A stretch of DNA of 64,000 nt from Takakia lepidozioides (lineage: Eukaryota > Plantae > Bryophyta). Below are positions 23,820 to 38,119 of this stretch, piece after piece (position 1 is the stretch's first letter; each line of letters starts with the position of its first letter). The translations under genes were made by a program, and so were the position numbers. The DNA is taken from contig CM060731.1 of NCBI GenBank assembly GCA_030704615.1, forward strand, positions 83,824,001 through 83,888,000, written 5' to 3'. Under the pieces are notes generated by a model. It was not told the origin of the DNA. It made no database searches and was given only the letters and a program-made list of their open reading frames with translations.

Positions 23820-26800
23820 GATTGCAAAGACGCGGGAGGAGGAGGTTGCAAGAGCGAAGCCAAAGAAGGGAAAATGGAAATCCATTAACGCCGGTGGTGA
23901 TGACAATGAAGCCGGTACATCAGGGGGAAAGAAGAAACAAAAGGAGGAGATGGATCCTGCTTTCATGACAGATATCAAGAAACCCAAGGCTGCAGACACA
24001 TTCGACAAAGACAAGTGTGAGAAGATGCTGGAGAGGCTGGAGCAAGATTACAAGGACATGTTTCCTTTTGGGTTTGAGGCGACCCAGGACGTCAAAGTTT
24101 CCATGATGGAGCTTGCTCCCAGAGATATGGTGTACAGGCCCCTAAATGTGAAGCACAAAGACGAAGTCAAAACGCGTCTTTACCAGCTCCGGGTGTTTGA
24201 CTCCAAACATCCAGTTTATTTGATTATTGCAAACCCCGAGAAGCCTATGGAGATTTCTAGTTCGAAACCTCGAAACTGGAAGGAGGTGGAAAATTCCAGA
24301 TTCTTCGTCATCGGTGGACAACACACGATCATTGCTGCCAAGGTAAATTTCCCGACAAAATCCAATTTTTGTAACAACATGAACCTCCACTGGACAGTGG
24401 AGGTTCATGAACTTTAAACAACATGCTTGTTAGGTCGATATCATTTCTGATCTTATTCAATTTTGTCGCAGGAACTTGTGCAAGACGTAGACGACGACAA
24501 TCTTAAGAAGTACTACACTGACTGGCCCGCAAAGATTATATGGTCAAAGGATCTGATGAGGCTCGTGAAGCTATCTAAGCTCCTAAACGACCCGAATAAG
24601 GCGCAGAGATTTGACACAACATTTCCCGAGAAAGTTGCACATGCCTGAAATTTCTTCGAGCTGAGGGGGAGGCCGAAAAAGTACAACGATCACACAACGA
24701 AGTCGGAGACTAGACAATGGAAGGTAAATGATTCATTGTGTTTTCCGTTCCTTTTGCTAGAGAACCAAAATATTCTCAAGCTTGGATTTAATGTGATGAA
24801 CGGAGACCGCATTACGAAGCAGGAGACAGTACAAAAATAGCTTCATAAGGGAGGGTGCTACAATGAACGAGCGAGATGGTTCAACATTCGGAAATTCGAC
24901 ATGATGGGGTCTTTTGTAATGTGTCTTGTTTGGTAATGAGGTGCTTGTCCAGTTCTTATTTTCCCAATCTATTTATGTTCTCCACCTGTAACAGTTCCGC
25001 AAATGTGCCGCAAAAATACTTGAAACATCATATGATCATGAAAACGTGATGGTGCGGAGAACGCTTCCAAAACTTTTCATGCTCATTGGGTTTTTCAAGG
25101 ATTTTCTAGGTACACTCTTGGAACTGTTCCTGGTGAAGAACATGAACAGATTGGACAAATTTGACTTGGAGGAGCACCGCATTCCGAAGCAGGAGACACT
25201 ACAGAAATAGCTTCAAATTACAAGGCACAACAAGATGGACGGAGATGAATTCACAATCGAATCATCACTTGGTGTATAGTATAATTGACAAGATAGTTGT
25301 GACTATTGTTTCATCTCAAGATTAATATCAAATATTGAATGAAATTTCTAACTTTGGCCCTGATATTTTTCGTAGGAATTTATGCAAGCATGTCAACTCA
25401 TACTGGAGATGAGTAGCGTGAATGAGGCCATGGTTCTGGTTCTTTGTGGCGAAGACGTATGGAACCTGTGGGAGGAGGTTTTCAAACAGTGGGAACAAGG
25501 AAGCTTATTGATATTTTCGGGATTCAGTGTAAGGGTGAACAGCTACTGCTGAATAAAACCGCTATCGCGACTGCAAGGACTTAATACCAGGCAGTTGAAA
25601 AGAGTGGCGGAGAAAATCCTAAACAGAGACATTTGCATTCGGGGAACGAAATTCAAGGGCGCGGACAAATCCAAAAACACAATGAGCGCGTATATTGACC
25701 AAATGAAATTGCGACGGTTTATTATCGACGATGTAATGGAAGTCTTAGGGTGGCCTCGAAGGAGCAAATAGAACCCGGAACCGTATACCAAACAGGAGTG
25801 GCGTGATGTTAAAAAAAAATACAACTTCAACAAAGCTGAGTTTGAAACATTTTGAGATAGGCTCGGGAACGACTACATTGTTAGCAAACAGAAGATGAAT
25901 ATGGAGACGCAGCCAATGACTGCTGCCTTCAAGAAGTATGTCTTGTCGTGCAAGCAGACCTTCGAGGATAACCAGAATGCCCTGGCGATTCTACGCACGA
26001 GCTTCAGGTCCCATTACACACAGCTGGGGGGAAACCAGAAATTTGCTGATGCCAGATCACGGTTGGGACTTGCACCAAAGAATCGGTTCGACGACATATC
26101 CATGGTGTTCGTCAATACAGTTTGTGATGATGACTCTGTTGTCTTCGAGACAAATGACTACTCAAATATCTTGGATGCTTTTGTGGCTCGGCAACTCATG
26201 TCTAGTGCTTTTGTGTTTTTCTCCACACAAGAATCATCGGGAAATCTTGTGTCATACATCCGGAATGGCCCTGGATCAAAATCGTTTATTATCCGACAGG
26301 GTTATTACATTCCCGGCGAGTTTGAATCACATTACAAGAGCTGCACGACTATATTCTCCCGGATGGTCCTCTGCCTTGACTACGTATTTCCGGCAACAGC
26401 TGAGGAGATGGTGAATCTGGACGACCACATTCAAACTGTTTTGTTATCGCCGGACCCAATTAATCCCGTTATCCAAGGACCAGATGTAGACCCGACCTCA
26501 CAAGAGATGGAGTGCAAGATTTACAATCATGAGCTGAGGCCGGACACCTATGATTACCTGGTTTTTTTTTTTTGCAGGGACGGGATGTCTTGTGTGAACA
26601 TTTTCGGAGGATTGGCAATGACATACGTTCTGCTTGTAAGCGGATTCTGCATCTTGGAATTGTCTGTGTTTTTAGTTTTCCGGATTTAACTCTCGTATTA
26701 TTGACGTTGTCGAAAAAGCGTGTTTAACCTGTGTCTGATTGTTCCATTTTGTTAACCTCCACTGGGCAGTGGAGGTTCATGTTATTGGAGTTGTGGGTGT

Positions 26801-27554
26801 TTTGGGTGTTTGTTATTCTGTAGATTGGTGTGTTTGGTAGTTGTCTCAAAAGAAAGCCTAACCCTTTCAATCTATCGATGGTTGGTGTTCGTCGGATTTA
26901 TTTTGATATCATTGTTTGGTTTCATTGCAGGAAAGAAATATTTGTGTGCTCGACATAAACTTTGTAACAAAAAAGAAATTTTGTAGAAGCAAGGTGGAGG
27001 CCTATTTTAGGACCCTCCAGATTGACAATCAGACTATCGCAGGAGACGGAGATGACGGTGACTCATTGCAGGATGACGAAGTGGACGAAGATGATGATGA
27101 CGAAGGACACGACAAGGATCTGGACGAGGAAATGGAGGAGAAACAATAAGAGGACGACGAGGAGGAGAAAGATGAATATGAGAACATGGAAATCGTCAAC
27201 GGAGTCCAGGGGCAGATGCGGCTAATGTTGGAAAGGGAAAGAGAGGGCCAGGAAATTTCACGGTTGGATAATCTAGGTAGTACTCCAAATACCCAAGAAC
27301 GCGTTGCGCCACAAGATGTACACAATCTGGACAGCTCTTCCTCCAGTTCCGATAACACCACGAATAAGAATCCGGCTTCTCCAGGCGGACAAGAAGCGAC
27401 ATCGACGGAGTTAGTTGAAACCCTCGGTCAAGGGTTTACACCTGTGGAAGGTGACGAGCCATTCATTATGTCACCGGATCCCGTTAACAATCGTCGTGAG
27501 CTGGTGTCCCAGAATGTCACTCAGGATCTGGTTCTGGATGTAGGTAACGAATGA
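23820..27554 (+). pseudogene. ParB/Srx-like + methyltransferase-like fusion gene (copy C, distant homolog, disrupted)
   Basis: MVYRPLNVKHKDEVK...FFVIGGQHTIIAAK (ParB-like); later HELRPDTYDYLVFFFCRDGMSCVNIFGG...|ERNICVLD (degenerate SAM-binding segment); acidic tail; several in-frame stops. Confidence 0.55.
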
Positions 27555-27799
27555 CAATTAGTGAAAGTTTATTCGTACACACTTTTGAATACAATATGAC
27601 AATATTGTAATTATACATACTTGTGAGTGGAATAATCCGAATGTTATTTCCATATGACAATATTGTAATTATATATAATCCCAATGTTTTTCCCATATCC
27701 GTCTTTCTGGACTTCCGAATAAAACATATTTCCACCCGGATACATATTTCCCTTCGCACACCTTTGTGGACATCCACTAACCGATTTGGATAACTTTTC

Positions 27800-28450
27800 T
27801 TGTAGATCCAAGAATCCAATTCGGAGGAAATGACACACACAAGAAAAGGATCAAAGGACACTCAAACGGTGAAGAGACACGTGGATCTGACAGCGAGGGC
27901 CAGGTCACCTGAGCCGGTTCCGCAAGTGACCTCCATTGTCCAGTCGACGTTGCCATCAAGGGACGCAGGGATTGAGTCGGAGAATCCTCCTACTCGCGGG
28001 GAAGGAGAAGAGACAGAGCACCACAATCGAGTAATCCAACAACAGATCCCAATTCGGGTCAAACATTGGCTTTTTTCTTATTACTCTTATTATTGGTCTT
28101 TCAGTCTAATCTTCGGTACTGCTCAATTCGGTAATTTTGTCAGATCATTTTGGACCACCATAGTCGTCATCCGTGGGATTTTTCATTAATTTCCTGTAGA
28201 TTTGTGAGACGACGTCTGAGGAGATCAAACACACGAGGACTGACTCTATCGACACTGAGACGGTGAAGAGAAGAGTGGATCGAACAATTACTGTCGCTCT
28301 ATATGAGCCGGTCATACAAGTTACCTCCACTGGACAGTCGAGGTTGCCATCTGGCTCCACAGAGAAGGACGATAACGTTGGACGTAGAGATGGGAAAGAG
28401 GAGGAGCAGCCTGCCCAGGGATCTCAGCGGCCCACTCCAAAAACGGTAAT
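27800..28450 (+). repeat. Tandemly duplicated exon-intron unit
   Basis: 27800-28055 and 28195-28445 share an acceptor context and GACACT..ACGGTGAAGAG...GAGCCGGT..CAAGT.ACCTCCA.TG..CAGTCGA.GTTGCCATC. Confidence 0.7.
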
Positions 28451-28629
28451 GATTTCAACTCCATTCTTCCGTTTGTCTACTTTGGGATTGTACTCAAATT
28501 GAAATTAATAATGAACTCTTCTGTTATTCCACAGGACAACATGCATTACCCTCCAGTCGACTATTCCCTTTCTGTCAATCCAAACGATCTGCATTCCCTT
28601 CCTTGGGGACCGAACGGATGCCGGCCATG

Positions 28630-29068
28630 ATACTATGTCCTGGTTCTGGACATTGGTTACCTTTGTGAGGTTTTCCTAAAGGATGGAAAGAAAACACCTC
28701 CTGCCACCTAACCTTGTATCTCCGCAAGACAATTCAAGTTAGCTACGCGAAACGGTCTTGACGAATTCGTTAAGTGGGCCGTCAAAAAGTTTTCCGTTTG
28801 TTTTTTGAACACTGGACTTGAAATGAACGTTGAGACTATCGCCAAGGCCGTGTTCGGGAAGTACTATTCCCAGGTCAGAACTTACAACAGAGAGAATTCC
28901 GTCATGCATAGATCGACATTCAACGAAAAATGGCCCAAAGCTTCCAAAAATCCCATCTACTTTAAACGTCTTTACGACATTTTCGCTTAGGAAGACCCGA
29001 CGGCTAACAAATCCAATACTCTCCTCATCGACACTGTAGACAATATGTACAAGTCCTACTTGAACCTG
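28630..29068 (+). pseudogene. FCP1/NIF-like HAD phosphatase domain, degenerate and truncated
   Basis: YVLVLDIG...RNGLDEFVKWAVKKFSVCF...NVETI...NPIYFKRLYDIF*...SNTLLIDTVDNMYKSYLN. Confidence 0.6.
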
Positions 29069-29082
29069 TTAGGACGTATCAT

Positions 29083-32000
29083 TATGTATGATGAAGATTC
29101 GGACGGGGAGGAAGGACCGTCCAGTCCTACACCTGAAACGAGGGGTGTGGGTGAACCTGACCAAGAACAACTTTTACAACAGGAGATGCAACATGCTTTG
29201 CAAGAGGCTTTTGAAACAATTGACAGAATCAGAAGGGACGCGACTTCTCAAGCGAATGAAGATGAATTTGGCATCCCCCATGCAAGCGTTGAGAAACTAG
29301 GCAATGCCACAAATTCGACTGGGTTGCACGACGGAAGTGGGATGGCGACGGAGGATGAGAGGCAACAATATGAGGGAGACTATGCCAAAATATTTAGTGA
29401 GTCACAGATTCCTTTGTATGAAGGGTGTCATCACAGTAGATTGACATCAACTTTGATGCTGCTAAATTGTTGCACGACCCACAAGTGTACAAATGCGTTT
29501 GTGGATGAGCTCTTGTCATTACTGAAGGATTCATTTTTGCCTAAAGAGAATGCGTTACCGAAATCACATTATGAGGCAAAAACAATGATCGCCAGGATGG
29601 GGCTAGCATACAAACAGATTCATGCCTGCGAACAGGGTTGTGTGTTTGTTCCGTGGAGAGCTTGAAAAAGCGGAGATTTGCCCAAAGTGCCAAAGTGGAA
29701 GGTATTTTGCAGGTCGTGGGAAGGTGCCTAAGAAAGTTTTGCGGCACTTCCTTCTCATACCGAGGTTGAAACGAATGTTTAGAGTGAAATCGGTGGCAGA
29801 GCTCATGAGTTGGCATATCAATCACAAAAAGCAAGGATGGGCTCGTTCGTCATGCTGCAGACAGCAAAACTTGGTCGCACATTGACAACACTTGGCCGGA
29901 GTTTGCATCAGATCCACGCAACCTACGTCTTGGTTTGGCATTGGATGGGGTGAATCCTTATGGCGCAAAATCTACGAGTTGGTCAACGTGGCCCATCCTA
30001 CTACTCAACTACAATTTACCTCCTTGGTTGGTGACCAAGAAATTCTTTGTCATGTTGTCGCTGCTCATTCCAGGGAAAGAGTCCGTGAAGATGAAGAACA
30101 TTGATGTGTATCTCAAACCCCTCGTGGAGGAGCTGGCGGAATTGTGGGTGGGAGTCCCAGCCCATGATGTGGCCAACATTCGGGATGAACGGGCTTTCAA
30201 CATGCGGGCCATCCTAATGTGGTGCGAGCACGACTTCCCAATGTACGGCATGCTAGCAGGTCAAGTTCACCAAGGCTATGTAGGTTGCCCTGCCTGTGGC
30301 TCTAGAGTTGATTCGCGGTATTCGGCAGCCTGTCACAAAATTATATTCCAGGGGCACCGGAGATTTCTTCCCACCGACCATGTATACAGGAGATCTAGGC
30401 TCTTCAATGGCGAATGAGAAATGAGACATGCTCCTCTGCTCCTGACAGCCAGTGAAATCAAGATGCGTGCTCAAGAATACTCAAAATGGGTTGAGGATAA
30501 GGATTCAATCGCAGAGGCTGATCCCTCAAAAATCCATGGTATCAAGCGGCTTTCCATTCTGTATCGTCTGCCTTATTGGGAGGTATGGGGACTCCTCACT
30601 CATGCTTGTCTATTTCGCATATTTGTGCATTTGTTTTTTATTCACAGATGTGTGTTAGTGTGTTGGCATATTTGTGTCACCATTTGACTTTCTTATGAAT
30701 CATTTTGGCACATGAATTGCAGCACCTACTGATCCGCCACACCATTGACACGATGCATTGCGAGAAGAATGTCACAGAAAATATCATCAAGACAATTTTT
30801 GGGGAAAAGGTTACCATGAAGGTGCGTCGTGACTTTGAGCTACAAGGCATTCGTCCGGCCACCTGTGGTTGCAAAGACATCCCACGAGGGAGAACACATT
30901 CGTGATGCCCGTAGCGCCGTATGTGTTCACAAGAGATGAGCTGAGGGTGTTCCTGGACACAATCACAAAGCTGAAAGTGCCAACGGGGTATGCATCTGCC
31001 TTTAAAAAACATGTTGTTAAAAAAAAACTCTCACAACTAAAGTCACATGACTACCATGTGCTTATGCAGCAAGTTCTCCCTCTTGCTCTACGTGGTTTAA
31101 TGGCTAAGGGCGTACGAAATGCCATATTGCGAGTATCCCGAGTGTTTCGCAAACTCTATGCAAAAGTGGTTGATCCCAGCGAGCATGAAGAGCTGAAGAA
31201 GGAGGTGACTGTCACAGTCTGTCTCCTTGAAAAAGAGTTCACACCCTTTTTTTTTGATATAATGACACATTTGCTTATTCACCTAGTTGACGAGCTGGAT
31301 TTGTGTGGCCCTGTGACCTCCCGGTGGATGTACCCTGTGGAGCGGGCTATGAAGGATTTCAAAGGGTACGTTCGCAACATGGCAAAGCCCGAAGGTAGTA
31401 TGGCCGAGGGCTACATGTTTGAGGAGGCTCTTGGCTTTTGCACAAAGTACATGGCCAGTTTTGATGCTACTAGACGGAGAGTGTGGGATGCAGGATAGGA
31501 GGAATCCGTGTCTGGCTGCGTGTTGGAAGGAGTAGGGAAACCCCGCAAATTCACGGCAGAACTGTGTTCAGTTCTCCACCAGTACATCATTGAAAACTAT
31601 CCTAGCATGCGCACCATGTTCGAGTAAGTGAGAAACTCATTAACGAAGGTGACAATGCAACAGTTCATTGTTGATGTTTATGCCAGTTTGTAGTTGCTGG
31701 TTGTCATGTAATTGCATTATGTGCACGTGTTGGTTCTCACGGGAGGGACACATTCATATATGTCAAGATGTATGAAATAATTTGTGCACGTGTGGAGGCA
31801 AGTCGCTGGTTGTTTCTGCAGGAAGAACGTGCTGAAGGGAGGGCAGCTCATGGGGAGGACTATGAGTACCCACCTGACTTGGCTCTTCCTCCCAAATATG
31901 CAGACTGGCTGGTTGATGCTGTGGGCTCACATGTGGCAAGGATTCCCAATTCCGAATCTGATCCCATGTATTGCCAAATGTTGGACTTGTCCAGGCCTCC

Positions 32001-32698
32001 CATGATCATTGCAACTTCATACAATAGCCTGTCAGCTTATGGAAACCACTACAGGGTGACTTCAACCAATATTGGCACAAGTACAGTGTCATATGACTCA
32101 AGGGTGTCATCTGTTTTCCACCATGTATCTACAAACAGTGCAGGAGAGGAGGTGGTAGAAAGCCTGCGATATGTGGGTGTCATTAGGGAGATACTGGAAA
32201 TTTGACTATGGGAAGACAAGGCCCATTGTGATGTTGTGTTCGTGGGTTCGGGCAAAGAAGGGGAGCCGCAATCAGCCTGCATCCATGAAGCAGGATGATT
32301 GTGGGTTCACATTGGTGAATTTCTCCCAAATGTTGGCTCCACAAGAGCAGCCGTTCGTGCTGCCATCACAAGTGGAGCAGGTATTTTTCAGCACTTGTGT
32401 TCATGGACCTCGGTGGAATGTGGTCCTTGAGAAAAGCCCCAGATCTTCTCGGGTGGTTTATGATGTGTCAATTAGTAACGATGATCTTTGTAGTGTGGAA
32501 GGCCTCTTAGCCCCTGAATGAGTCGAAGAGACACATGCTGCAGGCCCAAATTTGGGCCAGACAATTGAAGTGACTCCCGAAGTTCTTGCCTCACTATACA
32601 GGGATGTGCGCAACGAGGCACCCATTGTGGTGGAGAATGACAGTACCGATGAGGAAGAAGATGACAGCAAGGACGAGCTGCTTGACGTCGATGTGTAA
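29083..32698 (+). pseudogene. CACTA/EnSpm TnpD transposase (Transposase_21 + DUF4218 + DUF4216), frameshifted
   Basis: PLYEGC...LPKSHYEAK..MGLAYKQIHAC; LALDGVNPY...TWPILLLNYNLPPW...LLIPG; HDFP..G; IDTMHCEKN; LKSHDYHVLMQ; FFDIMTHLLIHLV; RWMYPVER; QPFVLPSQVEQVFF. Confidence 0.95.
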
Positions 32699-35600
32699 TG
32701 CATTTAGAACAACATGCTTGTTCACTGCTATCCAGATTTCAAGAGGTCCATGGGTGGTAGTGAAGTTCACCTGTAGTGTAGAGGGGCTAAGATTTCATGC
32801 AGGCTGCACTATGATTAGCACGCCTTTACCATGACTGTTAATGTTGGTCTGAACTTCTGGCAGAGCCACCACCATGGCTTGTGCTATTTTGTGCTATTGC
32901 TGAGAAGAACCCTTACCCATTCCCCTCATTTTTGTCGGATGATGTTTCCATGTCACGATGCCACCAGTGTGGATGTTTTGCAGAAGTACCCACTCCACTT
33001 CAATTTTCACAAGAACCAATCTGCAAATTCTTACTTTGCTGCATCATGCATGCTACACTCGTGCATAGTCATAATTCATCTTTGTGCACAAGTCATACCC
33101 ATGGCGAACACTGGTTGTAATCCAGCGTTAGGCTTGTAACCAGTAGCCTATTATGTGGCCTAAACTCGGAATCGTGGACATGCAAGGTGGTCACTGTTTG
33201 CCTTGTCAGGAAGGCTGGCAGTCGGTTAGCCCGACTCGGAAATTTTTTCCCTTGTGTTTCCTACCCCCCTAAACTTGCAGTCCATGGCAGTTTGATGATG
33301 CATTGATATTCAGGCTCGCAACGGTGCCCCCGTTTTGTCACTGCATTCGAATTTGGCGGGAAGCAGGTCCGCGGAAGCGCAGATTATATCTTCACTTCGC
33401 TCCACTTGCCTTTCATTATGTTTGCTCTTGCTCGCTCTTCATCGCTCTTGCTTCTTTGCAGTGTCTACGTCGTCCCTATTCACTTCGTCGTTTGGCAAGT
33501 CGCCCCTGCATCACACGGTTAGCATGCGAACGCATTTGCTATGGTCATCATTGTGGGCCAACTCGCCCCATCATCACACGACTACCATGCGATCCCGCTT
33601 CAGGAGAACTGCACACACAGCTCAATGGCACTGCAACATGGAGCGCCTTCGGAGAGAGCAAACAATTCAGTATGCTGCAGAGCAGGCAGAAGCACGGCGA
33701 ATTAGCCGTCATGCGGAAGAGGCTTGTTTAATTGTGCTTCACTGGCTTGGAACCAGTGGCATTCACAGAAGGGAGGCCGTGCCTCAATTTTTCTGCCTAT
33801 CTGCTTGCAGCAAAAGGCTGGATGCCTGTGGGCGTGGTACCCCTACCTATATGGCTACGCGACGTGGTACCATATCACTAAGCTCCCCTGTCCAATTGGC
33901 TTCTCCCTGTAGAGGAGTTGTAACAGGATGTCAGTCATGAAGTTTGTTGCTGCTCTTGTGTGTGAAGGCATTATATAATCTCCTATCCCAACACTTGCAA
34001 CTAGGATAGCAGGAATCGACACAAAAGTTGAGGATACTATCCAAAATATTTTTTTAGTGATAGATAATGGTATACTGAACATATTTAGTAAAGAGTCCTA
34101 CCCCAAATATTCAAGATATAATTTATTAAATATTTTAGTTTTTTTTTATTTAGAGAAAAAACTAAAAATTAGAGTTTACAAACAAATTTCAATATGCCAC
34201 CTAGCCATTGAAGATTATAGGTTTTTATACCTCTAGATAAAAAATGACACCCAAAATCCAAAAAACAAGATGGGCTATGGACTTTTCAAAAAACGTATAT
34301 TTTTTTGACATATATTAGTCCATATGAGTCAAATGACAAATGATTTTGCCACTTCAAATCCATACCTATGATGTGGACCAAAATGGCCACCTTATATCCA
34401 AATTTCAGTGGAATTCACCGATGGCACATATGAGAACTTGAGTCCATTGTAATTCCATTCACTGCGGTAACAGTCTACAATGACGGTGTTCAAAAGTCGA
34501 TAGCGGAGTCATTTCTTATCGGATTCATGATTGGAGAGTTGCTATGGGTGCGTATTGAAGCTAGGAATCCAATGACACATATATTTTCTGGTTTTAATGA
34601 GTTAATTCAAATTCAATTGATGACACCATCAGTTGCAGTCATCTAAAACTCTGCTGGTAATGTCCATTTTGGTCCAGTCAACCCTGCATTCATCCACGTT
34701 GAAGACTGAATCTCTAAAACCTTACATATGATGGAGACCACTAAGAGGATCAAATGCATAGGTGAATTTACTGAGAGTCATTGTGCACACAATGTGCCAT
34801 GATTATGAGTAGGCCAGTACATTTGCAGATTGCGGCATAGCGAACGCTAATCGTTTTTCGGTGCCCTGAACTACCCGCTGGGTCTTTTTGTCTACACATA
34901 TTTTGCATCACTGTGAATGTGAATGAGTGGCTGGTGTTTTGCACCAGGGTGCGTATCCACTGAATGCATCGTTTCGTCTTCTCTCAAGCCTTTGTCTTTC
35001 AATTGTGTTCCCGATTTTCCAAAAATGCAGTGCACCGCTTCAACCATCATAGAACCTGCATGGTCGCCTCTCATACGCATGTTCGGGACTTGTCTCTGTT
35101 TTCCACCAAGCCCACGCGTTAGTAACATGCATCGTGTGCAGCCGTTAGATGCATTTGCATCCAATGCACCTGAATGTCCAACCCTGCGAGCAATGATAGA
35201 TTGACACGTCGTCATTTGCAATCACATCCTACATCTGTTTTATCCATTTATGTTTGCATCGTCCACGTAGACACTCCTTGGGCAACCGACAATGCCACGT
35301 GCAGTTGTGAATACTGGCAGTCATACATTCCCATGCCCACGTCATCCTGTTGCAGTTTTGGCCATGATTCATAGTCGTATCTACAATCCCATTCATACGG
35401 TGTTGACCCGCGGGCAGGCTCGACCCCATAATCGGTTGACGGAAGAGCACGGGGAAGGGAGTGCACCTAAACTGAATGAAGTGGGTTGTTGGCTCCTGTT
35501 AGTACCATCACGGCACCCACTTATACACAGGAAGCCCTCTACCCCCTCCCACCAATCAGTGTTTACTTCGTCCTTCTCTCTTTTTCTAAGCCCCTGTCCT

Positions 35601-38119
35601 TCACCCACTGATGTGACACCCCCTCTCACTGTCGTCTTGCTTGATCCCAGGAGCTCCCCTACTTATAAACAACTCCTAATTACCAAGAACGCTGGAATTG
35701 TACCAACTTTCATTCTTAACAATACCCTGGTGGACTTGTATGCAAAATGTGGGTGCATTGAGGATGCAAAGGGAATGTTTGACACTATGGCTGAACGAGA
35801 TACGGTGTCGTGGAATGCGAGGCTTGAAGATTTTGCTGCAGCTGTACTAAATGTCATTCTATACTTTTCTGACCCCTGTTAATGGTGGGACAATCGAGGC
35901 AAAAAAGGTAAATGCCTATTGGATTACAGAGAGTAGCAGATGCAATTGAGCATAGGAACTAGTGTGATAAGTTGAGTTGGGTGTTTCCTAGAACAAATCT
36001 AGGCTGTCATTGTCAGCTGCTAGCAGCAAAGCAAGGATGTATGCATGATTTGTACATAGGCATGGATAGCTGAAGGAGCAGGGATAGAGTGTGGGTCCAG
36101 ACTCATCCAACAGGGCCGGACTTCAAGCTCTAGATGACCTATGATTCCCTGTGGATCAATAGCTACAAGAAACCTACATGGGGAAATGGTCAACTAACTA
36201 GCGCAACATAAAGAGTGCAGTCTTAACATTCAGTGACAAGCTGCCATCACACCCCATCGATTCATCAGCTCCTGACAACGGGTGTTGCACATATATTACT
36301 ATGCTCAAATTTATGGGCATATACCGTTACCACAACTTCTGAAAGAGGATCAAGAGAGGGAGTCCACAATGCCTCTTCTGGCACTTCTGGGCATGTGAAG
36401 ATGTTTTGTGAGGCAAGCAGACTGCAAGAGGCTCTACAAACTTTAAACCAAGGAGGAATTTCAGCAGATTCAGATACGTATGTCTGTCTCTTGCATAAGT
36501 GCATCAAGATGAAAGGCCTTGAAGCTGGAAAGCAGGTGCACACGAGGGGTGAAGCCCATCCACATCACGTTCGTTTGTGTTTGCGGACTCAGAATCAGAT
36601 CCTTGAAAACCGCTTCTTCCACCAGGACTTAACCTGTTTGACAGGGCAATCCTGCTTCCAAGATAGAGTCGATTAACTTAGGGTATGTGTTTTTAGTCCT
36701 ACATTGCAGCTGACCCAACCATCTGACCTTGAATTCCTCTTGTCTAGAGGGAGAGATAGAGAGAGTATTCCTAAGACGTTGTTTGCCATAGCCTTGTGGC
36801 CATTGACTCCGCGCCCAGTTTAAACAATTGATCCGGGTTTTCCAGATATCCTCTAGAAATCCCTTTACACAAGCATCAACCTGCTGTGTGTGGTTTGCCC
36901 AATAACTAGGCCCGAAAAGGGCCTGGGCGTTTGGCTCAGCCTCGAGAATTTCAAAGTTGGTAAACAAAGGTACAGGCGTATGAGCGAATGATGCGCGAAG
37001 GGGTGAAGCCCAACCACATCACGTTCGGTTGCATTTGCAATGCATATGCAAGCCTAGGAGCCCTAGAAAAGGGGAAAGAGGTCCATGATGACCTCGTCAA
37101 AGCTGGAATTGTACCAGATGTCATTCTGAACACTGCCTTGGTGGACATGTATGCCAAATGTGGGTGCATTAAGGATGCAAAGGCAGTTTTCAACAATATG
37201 CAGGCTGAACGAGATGTGGTGTCATGGAGCGCGATGCTTGCAGGGTATGCACAACAGGGACGTGGGGTGGAGGCTTTGGAGACCTATGAACAAATGATGG
37301 GGGAAGGGGTGAAGCCCAACCACATCACGTTTGTGTGCGTTTGCAATGCGTGTGCAAAGCTTGGGAGCTCTGGAAAAGGGCAAAGAGGCCCACGGCGAAA
37401 TCGTCAGAGCTGGAATTGTACCCGATGTCATTCTGAACAATACCCTCGCGGACATGTATGCCAAATGTGGGAGCATTGAGGATGTGAAGGCAGTGTTCAA
37501 CAATATGGCTGAATGAAATGTGGTGTCATGGAACGCGATGCTTGCAGGGCATACACAGCAGATGGAGGCTTTGGAGACGTGTGAGCAGATGATGGTGGAA
37601 GGGGTGAAGCCCGACCACATCACATCTATGCGTTTGCAAGCCTGGCAGCCCTGGAAAAGGGCAAAGAGTGCATGGTTGTATCGCAAAAGCTGGAATTGTA
37701 CCAGATGTGATTCTGAACGATATCCTCGTGGGCATGTATGCAAAATGTGGGTGCATCAAGGATGCGGAGGGAGTGTTTGACAGTATGGCTGAACGAGATT
37801 TGGTGTCGTGCAGTGCGATGATTGCAGGGTATGCACAGCAAGGGCGCGCGATGGAGGCTTTGGAGACCTATGAGCAAATGATGGGGGAAGGGGTGAAGCC
37901 CAACCGCATCACGTTTGTTTCCGTTTGTAATGCCTGTGCAAGCCTGGCAGCCCTGGAAAAAGGAAAAGAGGTCCATGGTGACATCGTCAAAGCTGGAATT
38001 GTACACTGCCCTAGTGGACATGTATGCCAAATGTGGGTGCATTGAGGAGCGAAGGGAGTGTTCGACAGTATGGCTGAACGAAATGTGGTGTCGTGGAGGT
38101 CCTGCAACTATTTGAGGGA

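Larger units (their letters stand above)
20787..28345. repeat. Dispersed 24-bp palindrome C (AACCTCCACTG-NN-CAGTGGAGGTT), ~7 copies
   Basis: Copies at 20787, 22318, 23258, 24382 (arms extend to CATG..CATG), 26754, ~27929 (degenerate) and ~28322. Confidence 0.9.
18500..29070. mobile_element. Region C: decayed Sola/DUF7869-like DNA transposon carrying a divergent ParB-MTase gene and other cargo
   Basis: Transposase on the minus strand, cargo on the plus strand, palindrome C spread from 20787 to 28345. The right side is cut off by CACTA coding sequence at ~29070. Termini not identified. Confidence 0.55.

Noticed and set aside
33303-33940. Cys/His-rich ORFs after the CACTA transposase
   Set aside because: No consistent zinc-finger spacing or recognisable family in any frame.
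36590-36960. Possible LINE ORF2 3' fragment on the minus strand (FLEDIWKTR)
   Set aside because: Too short and degenerate to assign. It is only clearly non-PPR inserted sequence.
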